Part shown: positions 1 to 8,760 of the stretch, in pieces | How positions within the stretch are numbered: position 1 is the first letter of the stretch | Layout of the letters: each line of letters starts with the position of its first letter | From: Methanomicrobia archaeon | Lineage (GTDB): Archaea > Halobacteriota > Syntropharchaeia > Alkanophagales > Methanospirareceae | NCBI GenBank assembly: GCA_016930255.1 | Contig: JAFGHB010000040.1 | Span: 5,187-69,186, forward strand | Direction of reading: 5' to 3' | Length of the DNA stretch: 64,000 nt | Position numbers and translations under genes: made by a program | The notes under the pieces: model-generated | What the model saw: the letters and a program-made list of their open reading frames with translations, nothing else | Told to the model about the DNA's origin: nothing | Database searches by the model: none

Positions 1-1040
1 AATCGTGACTTTTATAGCCCTTATTAACGGAATCCAGTACAGATTGGCTAACTGCTTCAATACCGCAAAAAGCGCCTCGGCAGTTGCCGTCATATAAGGT
101 CCTCAAGAAAGACTTGGTAAAGTCAATCAATCCAAGTTCGCAATCCCAGAAGATATCTAACTTTTCTCGCCTTATTCCTTCGCAAATATCCTCTACCCAG
201 CTCTTGTCAAAACCAAAATTGAGGTCGTAAATATGCACGATCTTCGCGCCTAACCCTTCAATAATTGCAAGTTCTTCAACAACATCTTTCGGTTCCCGCG
301 CTCGCCATTGCCGTTTCCAGAAAGCGGGCGCATTACAGAAAGCGCAGTTATGTGAGCACCCTCTGCTTGCATATACCAAATCTATACCCCCGTTCAGCGA
401 ATATAACACTGATAAGGGGTAACTATCCCTGTCTGGCAAAGGTAAGGTCGTCAGGTCAATAAAGGGGGGATTATCTGTTCGCACAATTCTATCATTGCTC
501 CTGAATGCTAGTCCTCTGATTTTTTCGAAATCTGCTTCAGCGCGAAGTAGGGCATTTGAAAGCGCGAGGAGCGAAGTCTCACCTTCGCCTCGAATGACAA
601 AATCAACCGCGGAATTGCTCAGTATCTCAAAATCTCTCGCCGTTGCACTGACACCGCCCGTTACCACAGCTATGTTTTCATCAAACCCCTTTACTATTTG
701 CGCGGTAGTATAGAGATCCGAAAGAAAACAATCTTCCATACCGTTTACAGCTACTACTTTGGGGTTCTCCTTCTTTAACGAAGTAATCAAAACCTCCTCT
801 GTTGTTTTCCCGTTAAAGCATTCTACGGTTAAATCAGTAAAACTTGTAGTCAAACCATTCTCGGTCAGGTATGCAGACAGTGATAGCATAGCCGTTGGCG
901 GCACCACAGTACCCCTCGCTAGCCCAATTAAATCCCGCTCGGCGGCAAATTCGAGCATCAATCGTTCGTATCTATCGAACTCCGGATGGATGGGTATTTC
1001 AAGTGTATTAGGATACACAAAGAGCACATCAGACATTTAG
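1..1040 (-). CDS. B12-binding-domain radical SAM protein (N-terminal part; gene continues past window start)
   Basis: Reverse-strand ATG at 1040-1038 opens a frame that stays open to position 1. It translates MSDVLFVYPNTLEIPIHPEF...VVAVNGMEDCF... (cobalamin-binding Rossmann-like N-domain) then ...YASRGCSHNCAFCNAP... (CxxxCxxC radical SAM cluster motif). It is absent from the ORF track only because no stop codon falls inside the window. Confidence 0.75.
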
Positions 1041-1232
1041 TGATTTCCTCCTAATCCTTTTGACTACTGTGCGGCAACCCCCGCACGTCATACTCAGGCC
1101 AACGACCAATTCTAGATCGGACATTATTCTTTTCTTAAAAGTACTTGTGCGCTTTTAAAGCTAACCCTACGAATCTGAATGAAGCATCGGTGCCAGCACC
1201 CAGAGCATCACACGAGCAACACCGTGGACCTC

Positions 1233-2471
1233 TTATTTACTTGCAATGCGGAGATACAGAAAGCCCAATCGTTCAGCAATATTAGCGAGAGGTTGCCTGA
1301 TTGTGCTGCGATTCCATTTCTCCACAATTGATTCTATCATTGACGCATCCTCGTGTTTCAATTTTTCGAACTGCTTCATGGAGATGATATTCGCAAATAG
1401 AGCGAGACGGAGTAAATCCTCCTTTCTGTCTGTGGATGCACCCGACTCATATAACAGCGGTATAAGCTGATCGGACTCTGAGAAGAACGTGCCTAATTTG
1501 TCCCGGACACGGTTGGGATACGTATCCAGCGGGCTTTTACCACGAATGAACTCAGCAGCCGTTTTACCCGCTTGATCACCGCAGATTAGTGTCGGGATAA
1601 TACCCTCGACAAACGGTTTAAAGTTCTGATTCGCGACATCACCCACCAGTAGCACGTTCCCGTAGACCCATTTATCCGTGAGATGGCGTATCGGCGCCCA
1701 GCCACTCTTATCTGCTACCACAACTCCATAGCTCAGTTGTTTCTTCACCTGAGGAAGTTCTAAGAACTCTTCATAACAGCTTTTCACCTTCTTCTGTGGT
1801 ACTATCGTTCCTGCACCGACGTTAGCCGTCGTGCGGGATTTCGGGAGGATATATGCGTACGCACCAGGTGCAAAATCGCCTAAGAATACTTGGAAACTTT
1901 TGGGATTCCCCAAGCGCAGATTGTTCAGTTCATAACTCAAGACCTTACCGCAGGTGGTTCTTTTATCGATTTTGAAGCCTAACAACTTTAAAACCGTGGA
2001 ATCAACACCATCCCCGGCGATAACGACCCGTGGTTTAATCTGCTTTTCACCCTCAGGCGTTCTTATCGTTGCGTTTGTCACGGTATTGTTGCTGTCAACC
2101 TCTAAATCAACGAGTTCTGTGTTCGTGAGGACGTGCGCTCCTTGGAATTCAGCAGTCTTCGCTAACCACGCATCGAAGTCGTTTCGGTTCAGCATATAGG
2201 TTGTCCAAAGACGCCCGGCTCTCGTTACGGTACTGCCACCAGCCCACAAGGAAATCTCCTCGAGCGTCCAGATCAGCAGATCCTGAGGGATTTTGAACGG
2301 TAGAAATGGAAAGAGATATGCGCCAATGCCCTCACCACATTGCACCGGTACGCCGATTGCTCTCTTCTTATCGATGCAAATTGTGTGAGCGCCTGCTGCA
2401 GCTGCCGCCCGTGCCGCGCTACTCCCTGCGGGTCCTGCCCCCACCACCAAGACATCACACTCGTGTGCCAC
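1233..2471 (-). CDS. geranylgeranyl reductase family FAD-dependent oxidoreductase (archaeal lipid saturation)
   Basis: 412-aa ORF. N-terminal dinucleotide-binding motif DVLVVGAGPAGSSAARAAA and overall GGR-like sequence (…GKVLSYELNN…LLVGDVAN…). Confidence 0.8.
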   Translation of the reverse strand: MAHECDVLVVGAGPAGSSAARAAAAAGAHTICIDKKRAIGVPVQCGEGIGAYLFPFLPFKIPQDLLIWTLEEISLWAGGSTVTRAGRLWTTYMLNRNDFDAWLAKTAEFQGAHVLTNTELVDLEVDSNNTVTNATIRTPEGEKQIKPRVVIAGDGVDSTVLKLLGFKIDKRTTCGKVLSYELNNLRLGNPKSFQVFLGDFAPGAYAYILPKSRTTANVGAGTIVPQKKVKSCYEEFLELPQVKKQLSYGVVVADKSGWAPIRHLTDKWVYGNVLLVGDVANQNFKPFVEGIIPTLICGDQAGKTAAEFIRGKSPLDTYPNRVRDKLGTFFSESDQLIPLLYESGASTDRKEDLLRLALFANIISMKQFEKLKHEDASMIESIVEKWNRSTIRQPLANIAERLGFLYLRIASK

Positions 2472-2708
2472 CGTTCTTACTCACCGATTCGTTTCGATAA
2501 TAAATCCATACTACAACAAGCTCGTGCATGTACGCCCAGATAAGGCCCACTACCTTCTTTTGTGCTCTCTTCTCTTCTCCGCTTATTTCTTGTATCCTCT
2601 TTGGTAGTTCTTCAGCAGGGCATAAAAACGTTTCTACACGTTAAAGATCCCGAGGAATCAGGATCGAAACTTATTTATACCTGTAATTGTAAGAATGCCA
2701 CGGGGAAA

Positions 2709-3416
2709 ATGGAACGAATAAAGACTTATAGTGGAAGGTTAGATGAGCAGTTAGAAGGTGGCATTCCAAAGGGCACCGTCTCGCTAATTTGTGGCACTCC
2801 CGGTTGTATGAAGAGCTCTTTTGCGTATAGCATTCTGTATAATAACGCACTGAAAAGTAACTTGAAGGGGCTGTATATAACCTTTGAACAGGAGATAAAG
2901 AGTTTGAAGGAGCAGATGGCAACGCTGGGGATGACTGAAGACAGTAAAAATCTGACTATTGTGGATCATACAATGGTTGATAAGGAAGTCGGGGTGGATA
3001 TGCGATTTGACGCTAATTCGATAAGAAAGGTTAAACTTTATCTGACCGACCTTGTAAGGAAAGAAGACTTCGATTTAGTGGTTATCGACCCTCTTAATGC
3101 TTTGTACTCTCTAACAACCATTAAAAACCCCCGTAGCGAAATATACCGCTTTTTTACAGAGCTTAGAGCTTTGGGTACGACGAGTTTCCTTATTTCTGAG
3201 ATCCATCAGGGGGATAATAGGTTTGGTAAATACGGCGTTGAAGACTTCCTTTCTGATGCGATCATCCATTTGGACTGTAGGCGGGAGAGAGATATATTAG
3301 AGCGCTACATCGGCGTGGTAAAAATGCGATATACCAATCATAATCTCCAATATTTCCCCATGTTTTATAACAAGAATGGATTTACCATTTACACGAAAGA
3401 AGAAATGGAGTTGTGA
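2709..3416 (+). CDS. KaiC/RecA-superfamily ATPase (single KaiC-like domain, FlaH-like size)
   Basis: Internal ATG at 2709 (MERIKTYSGRLDEQLEGGIPKG). Walker A-like LICGTPGCMKSSFA and Walker B-like hydrophobic stretch plus Asp DLVVIDPLNAL. About 235 aa. The ORF-track start at 2562 adds a hydrophobic leader that is probably not translated. Confidence 0.7.
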   Translation: MERIKTYSGRLDEQLEGGIPKGTVSLICGTPGCMKSSFAYSILYNNALKSNLKGLYITFEQEIKSLKEQMATLGMTEDSKNLTIVDHTMVDKEVGVDMRFDANSIRKVKLYLTDLVRKEDFDLVVIDPLNALYSLTTIKNPRSEIYRFFTELRALGTTSFLISEIHQGDNRFGKYGVEDFLSDAIIHLDCRRERDILERYIGVVKMRYTNHNLQYFPMFYNKNGFTIYTKEEMEL

Positions 3417-3440
3417 AGCGATAGAATAGTAATAGAATAC

Positions 3441-3902
3441 TCAATCCTTCTGAGGCTGTCTGTTTTGTACGAGCCAATAAGAGCTTACTTCTTGCACCAT
3501 CTCTGAGAACTCACCGAAGCCAAGGGGTTTTACGAGATAACTGTTGGCATGGCTGCGATATGCCTGTGCTACATCCCGTTCATTTTCCGAAGTGGTGAGT
3601 ACCACGACGGGTATAACCTTTAAATCGTCCGATTGCTTAATCGCCGTGAGCACTTCGTGACCGTCAAGTTTCGGTAGTCGCAAGTCAAGAAGAACCAGAT
3701 CAGGGCGAGGGCTGTCTTCCTCCTTGGCGTAACTCCCTTTGTGGAAGAGATAGTCAAGTGCCTCCTCGCCATCGCTGACTCGATAAATCTTACGTACCGC
3801 TTCCTCTTCTTCCATAACTCGCGTTATAAGCGCGGCATGCGCATCGTCATCTTCGACAAGCAAAATCACGGCCGACTTATCCGCCATCGTATGTGGTGTC
3901 AC
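3441..3902 (-). CDS. stand-alone CheY-like response regulator receiver
   Basis: ILLVEDDDAHA…PDLVLLDLRLPKLDGHEVL…VVVLTTSENE…YLVKP: acidic pocket, phospho-acceptor Asp and conserved T/K positions. No output domain. Confidence 0.85.
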   Translation of the reverse strand: MTPHTMADKSAVILLVEDDDAHAALITRVMEEEEAVRKIYRVSDGEEALDYLFHKGSYAKEEDSPRPDLVLLDLRLPKLDGHEVLTAIKQSDDLKVIPVVVLTTSENERDVAQAYRSHANSYLVKPLGFGEFSEMVQEVSSYWLVQNRQPQKD

Positions 3903-4143
3903 TCCTTCTCTCTGTTCTGTACATACAAAGCCATTCTATAATAAATCAATTGCATGGAAACCACGTGTTCTTTTGCTTCTTAACAAAGCGAATTGGCATC
4001 CCTTTATTTATTCTTCATTGACAGGATAAAACAGACCGGATCATGCCTGCAGCCCTTTCCCCTCTCAGATTCTATTCGATGCAGCCTCTGCCCGTCCGTG
4101 CATCGCGCGCGATTGTTCGCGTTACTAGTTGATACTATCCTCG

Positions 4144-4380
4144 TCAGCATGCGATGTCGTTAAGATTTCCAGGGGATACGTTCAGGTCAGGATCGCTCGT
4201 AATTTCCACGAGAACCGCACGCCCATCCTTCTTCGGTAAGTTCAGCTCGAGCAGAATGAGATTCAGGTCGAGGTGCATTGGCATACGTACCTTCACGACG
4301 CAGGAATGCCCTGACCTCCACACCAATGGACAAGAAAATGTAGACTTTTTACGGATTCTGAGTCCATGCAAACGGGACAT
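4144..4380 (-). pseudogene. truncated receiver-domain fragment (remnant of a CheY-like paralog)
   Basis: ORF translation contains …[31 protein letters not shown]…, matching the central receiver motif of the neighbouring regulators. It lacks the N-terminal acidic pocket and the C-terminal half. Confidence 0.3.
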
Positions 4381-4475
4381 TGAGGTAGTACCGTTCTTTA
4401 TAAATATGAGCGAGGCGGATAATATATTGCAATAAAGGGAAACTTATATATAGAGGGAGGGGACGAGATAGAACC

Positions 4476-4853
4476 ATGAAACGGGAGAAGGTACTGGTGG
4501 CAGAGCGGTCCACTTTTATGCGTATTATGGTTACCACGGCATTAGAAAGACTTGGGTTTGAAGTTGTAGGTATGGCGAAGGATGGTGAAGATGCCGTTAC
4601 GAAATATATGGAACTGAAGCCTGATATTACGCTTGTGGATATCGGGTTAGAGGGCATTGATGGCATCGAAGTAACACGTAGGATAGTAAAAGAGGATCCC
4701 GCCGCGTTGGTTCTTATACTCATCGCGGAATCTATTGATATTCCTGACATCATAGTCGAAGCGGTGCGGGCAGGAGCGAAGGGATATATAAAGAAGCCTC
4801 TCTCAGAGACTGAAATAGAGAAGCGCATAAGCGGCGCATTAGGAAGGAGCTGA
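4476..4853 (+). CDS. stand-alone CheY-like response regulator receiver
   Basis: KVLVAERSTFMR…PDITLVDIGLEGIDGIEV…LVLILIAES…GYIKKPL: receiver-domain hallmarks in a 125-aa protein. Confidence 0.8.
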   Translation: MKREKVLVAERSTFMRIMVTTALERLGFEVVGMAKDGEDAVTKYMELKPDITLVDIGLEGIDGIEVTRRIVKEDPAALVLILIAESIDIPDIIVEAVRAGAKGYIKKPLSETEIEKRISGALGRS

Positions 4854-4860
4854 GTTTAAA

Positions 4861-5304
4861 ATGAGCGAAAAAGAAGAGGAACGGAAAGAGCTGAAAATAT
4901 TGATTGTCGAAGATCAGGAAGAGCATGTACTAATCATACAGAATGCGTTAGAGCAGAGCGAGTTGAAGAAGCGGATTTGGGTCTGCAGAGACGGCGAGGA
5001 TGCATTGAATTATCTTTACAACCAGGGCGACTACGCCTCTAAGGAGGAGTATCCAAAGCCAGACGTCATCTTACTTGACCTCCGTCTGCCGAAGATCGAT
5101 GGCTTGGAAGTGTTGGATCGAATAAAGGGCGATGAGGGCTTAAAGGACATTAAGGTGATCGTTCTCACCGCGTCGGAAGAGGGCGACGACATAGTGAGGG
5201 CGTATAAAGGAGATGTCAAAGGATACCTTCTGAAGTCAGCGTTTATCGTCTCAAAGAGCGGGAAGATGGAAGAGCTTTTAGACGCGCTCATTTCGTTGGG
5301 GTGA
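4861..5304 (+). CDS. stand-alone CheY-like response regulator receiver (paralog of 3441-3902)
   Basis: KILIVEDQEEH…RDGEDALNYL…PDVILLDLRLPKIDGLEVL…VIVLTASEEGDD…GYLLKS. About 50% identical to the 3441-3902 product. Confidence 0.85.
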   Translation: MSEKEEERKELKILIVEDQEEHVLIIQNALEQSELKKRIWVCRDGEDALNYLYNQGDYASKEEYPKPDVILLDLRLPKIDGLEVLDRIKGDEGLKDIKVIVLTASEEGDDIVRAYKGDVKGYLLKSAFIVSKSGKMEELLDALISLG

Positions 5305-5331
5305 CAACGTTAACCAACCAATTCCGTCACC

Positions 5332-7593
5332 CTATCTTTTATTCCGTCTTCGCAGTAATACCGCTACCGCAAGAAGTAGCCCGGCAATAGAGAGAGGCAT
5401 CCCAAAACCGGGTTGTTCTTCAGTTTCCTCAGTCCCTTCAGGCTCTTCTGTTGGTTTTGGTGTAGTCGTCGGTTTCGCAGTCGGCTTTTCAGCCTCTTCT
5501 CCTGTCTTAGGGCTCGGTGTCGTGCTGACCGTGACTGAGTGCTCTTCAAGCGGCAGAATGGTTACTGTTGTGCTGGCAGTGTGGCCATCGCCGTCATCCG
5601 CGGTCACTTCATACGTGCCGATATTCGTGGATGTCGTGTCAAAGGAAATGCTGAAGGTATTGTAAAAGGTCTTATCGTCTTCTTTGACTTCGGCGATTTT
5701 GGGTTTTAATTTCGGTGTTGTCTCTTCCAGCCCTTCGACGGTGACGATGATGGACGTATCCACTTGTCTATTTGTCGTACCGGTAATCTCAATCTTTTTG
5801 CCGAGCAGCACATCTTCTAGCTCATCAAGCGTGACAAATCCTTTCTCTACCGATATCGTCGCGATGCCTAAAAGGTCATCGGTCCCCGCTGCATTAATCG
5901 TCCTGTCTTTCAGTATCGCTAAAAGCTGATCGGTCGTCTTTGCTCCCAGTGGCGAGGCGTACTCGTTGCTGAGCACTTCTAACAAATTGTCATTGAGACT
6001 TTTACCCCATACCCCGTCTCGTCCATAATTGAGCGCTGCGATCAAATACGTGCCGGTATCAACATCTTCGCCTACAGTAATATCCTCTGTCTCGAATTCG
6101 CCATCGGTATCCACCCCAGCAGTCTCGTAGGTGAGCCCTGGGGCATCTAATTTACCATTGGTGTCGTCTAAGATATCGTTAGGATCAAGCCCTCTTCCGC
6201 CTCCACCATCTGGCGCTATGGTTAGGATATCCACGCTTTCCCGGCCAGGAACGATACCTTCGATTTTGAACTTGTCCCCCAAGGCAACAAAGTCTGCACT
6301 CGGTGTTGCGATCAATCCTCCACGGATAAGTACTACTGAAAGTGATGCATCGGGAGGATCTTGAAACGGATCTGAGAACGGCGGGTCTGGCCCTTCTACC
6401 CATATCGCAATCTTATACGAATCAGGCGATTTATCCTCGGTCTGCCACGTATAATCAAATCCATCAACATCCAATCCCGTCGCAACCACTACATCTTCAA
6501 TCTTGAGCGTTATACTATCTCCTGCCGTTGATGACCCCGTAATCTTAACGTTCTCGCCGATATGATAAGTAGGTGGATCTTTATCGACGTCCAACTCTGC
6601 TTTATAAGGCACAATCTCCACGAATATGCTATCGGTCGTTCTCATAATATCTTCTGTTGCGGTAATTTCATAAGCGCCAGTATCGGCAAAAACTGCGCTT
6701 GTTTTGAATTCACCAGCTTCATCCGAAAGTCCTGTATCAAAAGTTCCACCCGCACTGAACTTCACCTTTGACGCTCTACCCCACGTTACGTCCACTGTGA
6801 CAGTTGTGTGTGGTGTCGTATAGACCGTAAATACGACCTCTTCAGTAACCGTCTGCTTTTCATCACTCGCCTCTATCGTGACCCCTTTACTTCTCACCTC
6901 AAATGATGTTTTATTTCCTTCCACATCAAGCCCATTATTTGTGTCTGGGTCAGTTACTATGCTGAGGGTGTACGTGCCTGTTGTCATACCCGCCGTGTTT
7001 ATCGTTATCGTGTTCATGCCTGTGGCACTGACATCAATGTCACTGACGGATACACCATTAACCTTGGACAGTTGTTTCCCACGAGGATCCAAGAGTTTAT
7101 ACGTGATATAATTTGGTCGCGACCCAGTAATGATCCATAGATTAGTATCAGCTTTAATGGTCATATCTGCACCACGTGTAACCCAGTCAAATTCTTCTCC
7201 ATTAACTTCAATTGAACTCACTAATGTTGGGGATACGAAGTAGATATAAGATTCTATGCTAACGGTTCCATCTTTGATCACTCTAATTACATATTCACCA
7301 GGAACCAGTTCATCGTCATAGCGGCTGGAATCAAACGGACCGTCAAACGGGATAACAATATGGCTATTTACCCAATTACTCAAAATTACACCTGCCGATA
7401 TAGAACCTCCTGTAGCATTGAAAAAGTTCAAATTCGTCTCACCAATGATACTCGAATCACCGGGATAAATAGCTCGTCCATCACCAGGACTAACGCCCGC
7501 ATTCGTCGGCGCGCACATGGCACAAAGTGAAAGTACTGTTACGATTGCTACGATGATACGCCATAACTCCGTTTTACGGTTGGCCATCTCCAT
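5332..7593 (-). CDS. large secreted cell-surface (S-layer-like) protein with PGF-CTERM archaeosortase sorting signal
   Basis: N-terminal signal peptide (MEMANRKTELWRIIVAIVTVLSLCAMCAPTNAG). An RBS-like GGAGGGGG lies immediately 5' of ATG 7593; the next in-frame ATG is at 7587. Long Thr/Val-rich Ig-like body. C-terminus …TEETEEQPGFGMPLSIAGLLLAVAVLLRRRNKR carries a PGF motif, TM helix and basic tail. Confidence 0.8.
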   Translation of the reverse strand: MEMANRKTELWRIIVAIVTVLSLCAMCAPTNAGVSPGDGRAIYPGDSSIIGETNLNFFNATGGSISAGVILSNWVNSHIVIPFDGPFDSSRYDDELVPGEYVIRVIKDGTVSIESYIYFVSPTLVSSIEVNGEEFDWVTRGADMTIKADTNLWIITGSRPNYITYKLLDPRGKQLSKVNGVSVSDIDVSATGMNTITINTAGMTTGTYTLSIVTDPDTNNGLDVEGNKTSFEVRSKGVTIEASDEKQTVTEEVVFTVYTTPHTTVTVDVTWGRASKVKFSAGGTFDTGLSDEAGEFKTSAVFADTGAYEITATEDIMRTTDSIFVEIVPYKAELDVDKDPPTYHIGENVKITGSSTAGDSITLKIEDVVVATGLDVDGFDYTWQTEDKSPDSYKIAIWVEGPDPPFSDPFQDPPDASLSVVLIRGGLIATPSADFVALGDKFKIEGIVPGRESVDILTIAPDGGGGRGLDPNDILDDTNGKLDAPGLTYETAGVDTDGEFETEDITVGEDVDTGTYLIAALNYGRDGVWGKSLNDNLLEVLSNEYASPLGAKTTDQLLAILKDRTINAAGTDDLLGIATISVEKGFVTLDELEDVLLGKKIEITGTTNRQVDTSIIVTVEGLEETTPKLKPKIAEVKEDDKTFYNTFSISFDTTSTNIGTYEVTADDGDGHTASTTVTILPLEEHSVTVSTTPSPKTGEEAEKPTAKPTTTPKPTEEPEGTEETEEQPGFGMPLSIAGLLLAVAVLLRRRNKR

Positions 7594-7844
7594 CCCCCTC
7601 CGATTTGGTCTGGCCGTACCTTTATTGTAAACTATGCACATGCTCTTTAACCATTAGTTCTTCTGAACGAGGGGATATATAAAGTTATCGGTCATTCTCC
7701 CGGCTCTTTATCGCTTACCCTTCTCCAACCGCCTTCGCCTCTTCTTACCGACAGATAGACACCGTCGAGTGGAAGTCAACCACAAATTTTAAATAAGGCA
7801 TATCACCACTATAAACTAAGCGGGGTAATTAGTGGCACGTTAAG

Positions 7845-7853
7845 TTTATATAT
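7845..7853 (+). promoter_or_regulatory. putative archaeal TATA box (TTTATATAT) for the 7882 operon
   Basis: AT-rich TATA-like element centred about 33 nt upstream of ATG 7882. This would give a near-leaderless transcript. Confidence 0.3.
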
Positions 7854-7881
7854 TTGCCATATCTAAAAGGGAATAAAAGCA

Positions 7882-8760
7882 ATGGAAACGAAAACTGGTA
7901 TTGTTTCGGTCGTAGTGATGGCACTTTTTATACTTACGATAGTGGCTATGCCACTTAACGCGAGTGCTGATGAAATCCGAATTGACAGTATCGGCGATAA
8001 GAATATTGGCAAGGAGGTAACGGTTTCCGGTGTTATCATAGCGATTTCCAATAATGTCGAGCCGTCAAAAGAAAAAGGTACGGGCATTCAGACCTTCGAG
8101 CCCGGAGATACGGGCATTCTCACCATCGATGACGGTACAGATACGATACTCGTTAGCAGTGACCTCCGGCTCGTCGAAGAGTTTTACAAAGGCCAACGAG
8201 TGATGGTGACAGGAATATACGCCGGCAAAGTTGGCGATAATGGCCTTATCTATGCGGATACGGTGAGCACTGATGTATGGGCTGGCTACAAAGCCGTGAC
8301 GGTTAAAGAGCTTACCGATTTTCCTGAGTATTATTATGCACAGTCGGTGCGTATACAAGGGAATGTGACGCGCATGGAATTTACGCGCAATGAAACGGAT
8401 TTGACGGTTGACGACCAAACGGGGGCGATGGATGTGGAATACCGTGCGGAGCTGGAGACGATAACGGTCGACGATGAGGTGGTCGTCGAGGGTAAGTTTT
8501 ATCGTAACAAACTATATGCCTTCACGATACGGGCACCAGTATCGGAACCGGAAGTAACGCCTGAGCCACGCCCGACACCGACACCAACACCTACGTTGAC
8601 GCCAGCGCCAACGTCATTGACACCCACACCACAGCCTACGGAAGAAGAGAGTATGCCGATATATTACATAGTACTGATTATCGCCATTGTGGCCGTAGTA
8701 GGTGTGGTTCTTTCCTTCAGAGTACGAGACTGGCTCATGATTAGACGATATGGCAAATAA
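7882..8760 (+). CDS. secreted membrane-anchored protein with two OB-fold-like repeats, PT-rich linker and C-terminal TM anchor
   Basis: Signal peptide (IVSVVVMALFILTIVAMPLNASA). Two similar segments (…KEVTVSGVII… / …QSVRIQGNVT…). PTPTPTPTLTPAPTSLTPTPQPTEEES linker, then hydrophobic helix and basic tail. Confidence 0.6.
   Translation: METKTGIVSVVVMALFILTIVAMPLNASADEIRIDSIGDKNIGKEVTVSGVIIAISNNVEPSKEKGTGIQTFEPGDTGILTIDDGTDTILVSSDLRLVEEFYKGQRVMVTGIYAGKVGDNGLIYADTVSTDVWAGYKAVTVKELTDFPEYYYAQSVRIQGNVTRMEFTRNETDLTVDDQTGAMDVEYRAELETITVDDEVVVEGKFYRNKLYAFTIRAPVSEPEVTPEPRPTPTPTPTLTPAPTSLTPTPQPTEEESMPIYYIVLIIAIVAVVGVVLSFRVRDWLMIRRYGK

Noticed and set aside
265-1040. Three plus-strand ORFs (65-93 aa) at 265-462, 495-713 and 759-1040
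   Set aside because: They are antisense to the well-supported B12-radical SAM coding frame and have no recognisable motifs.
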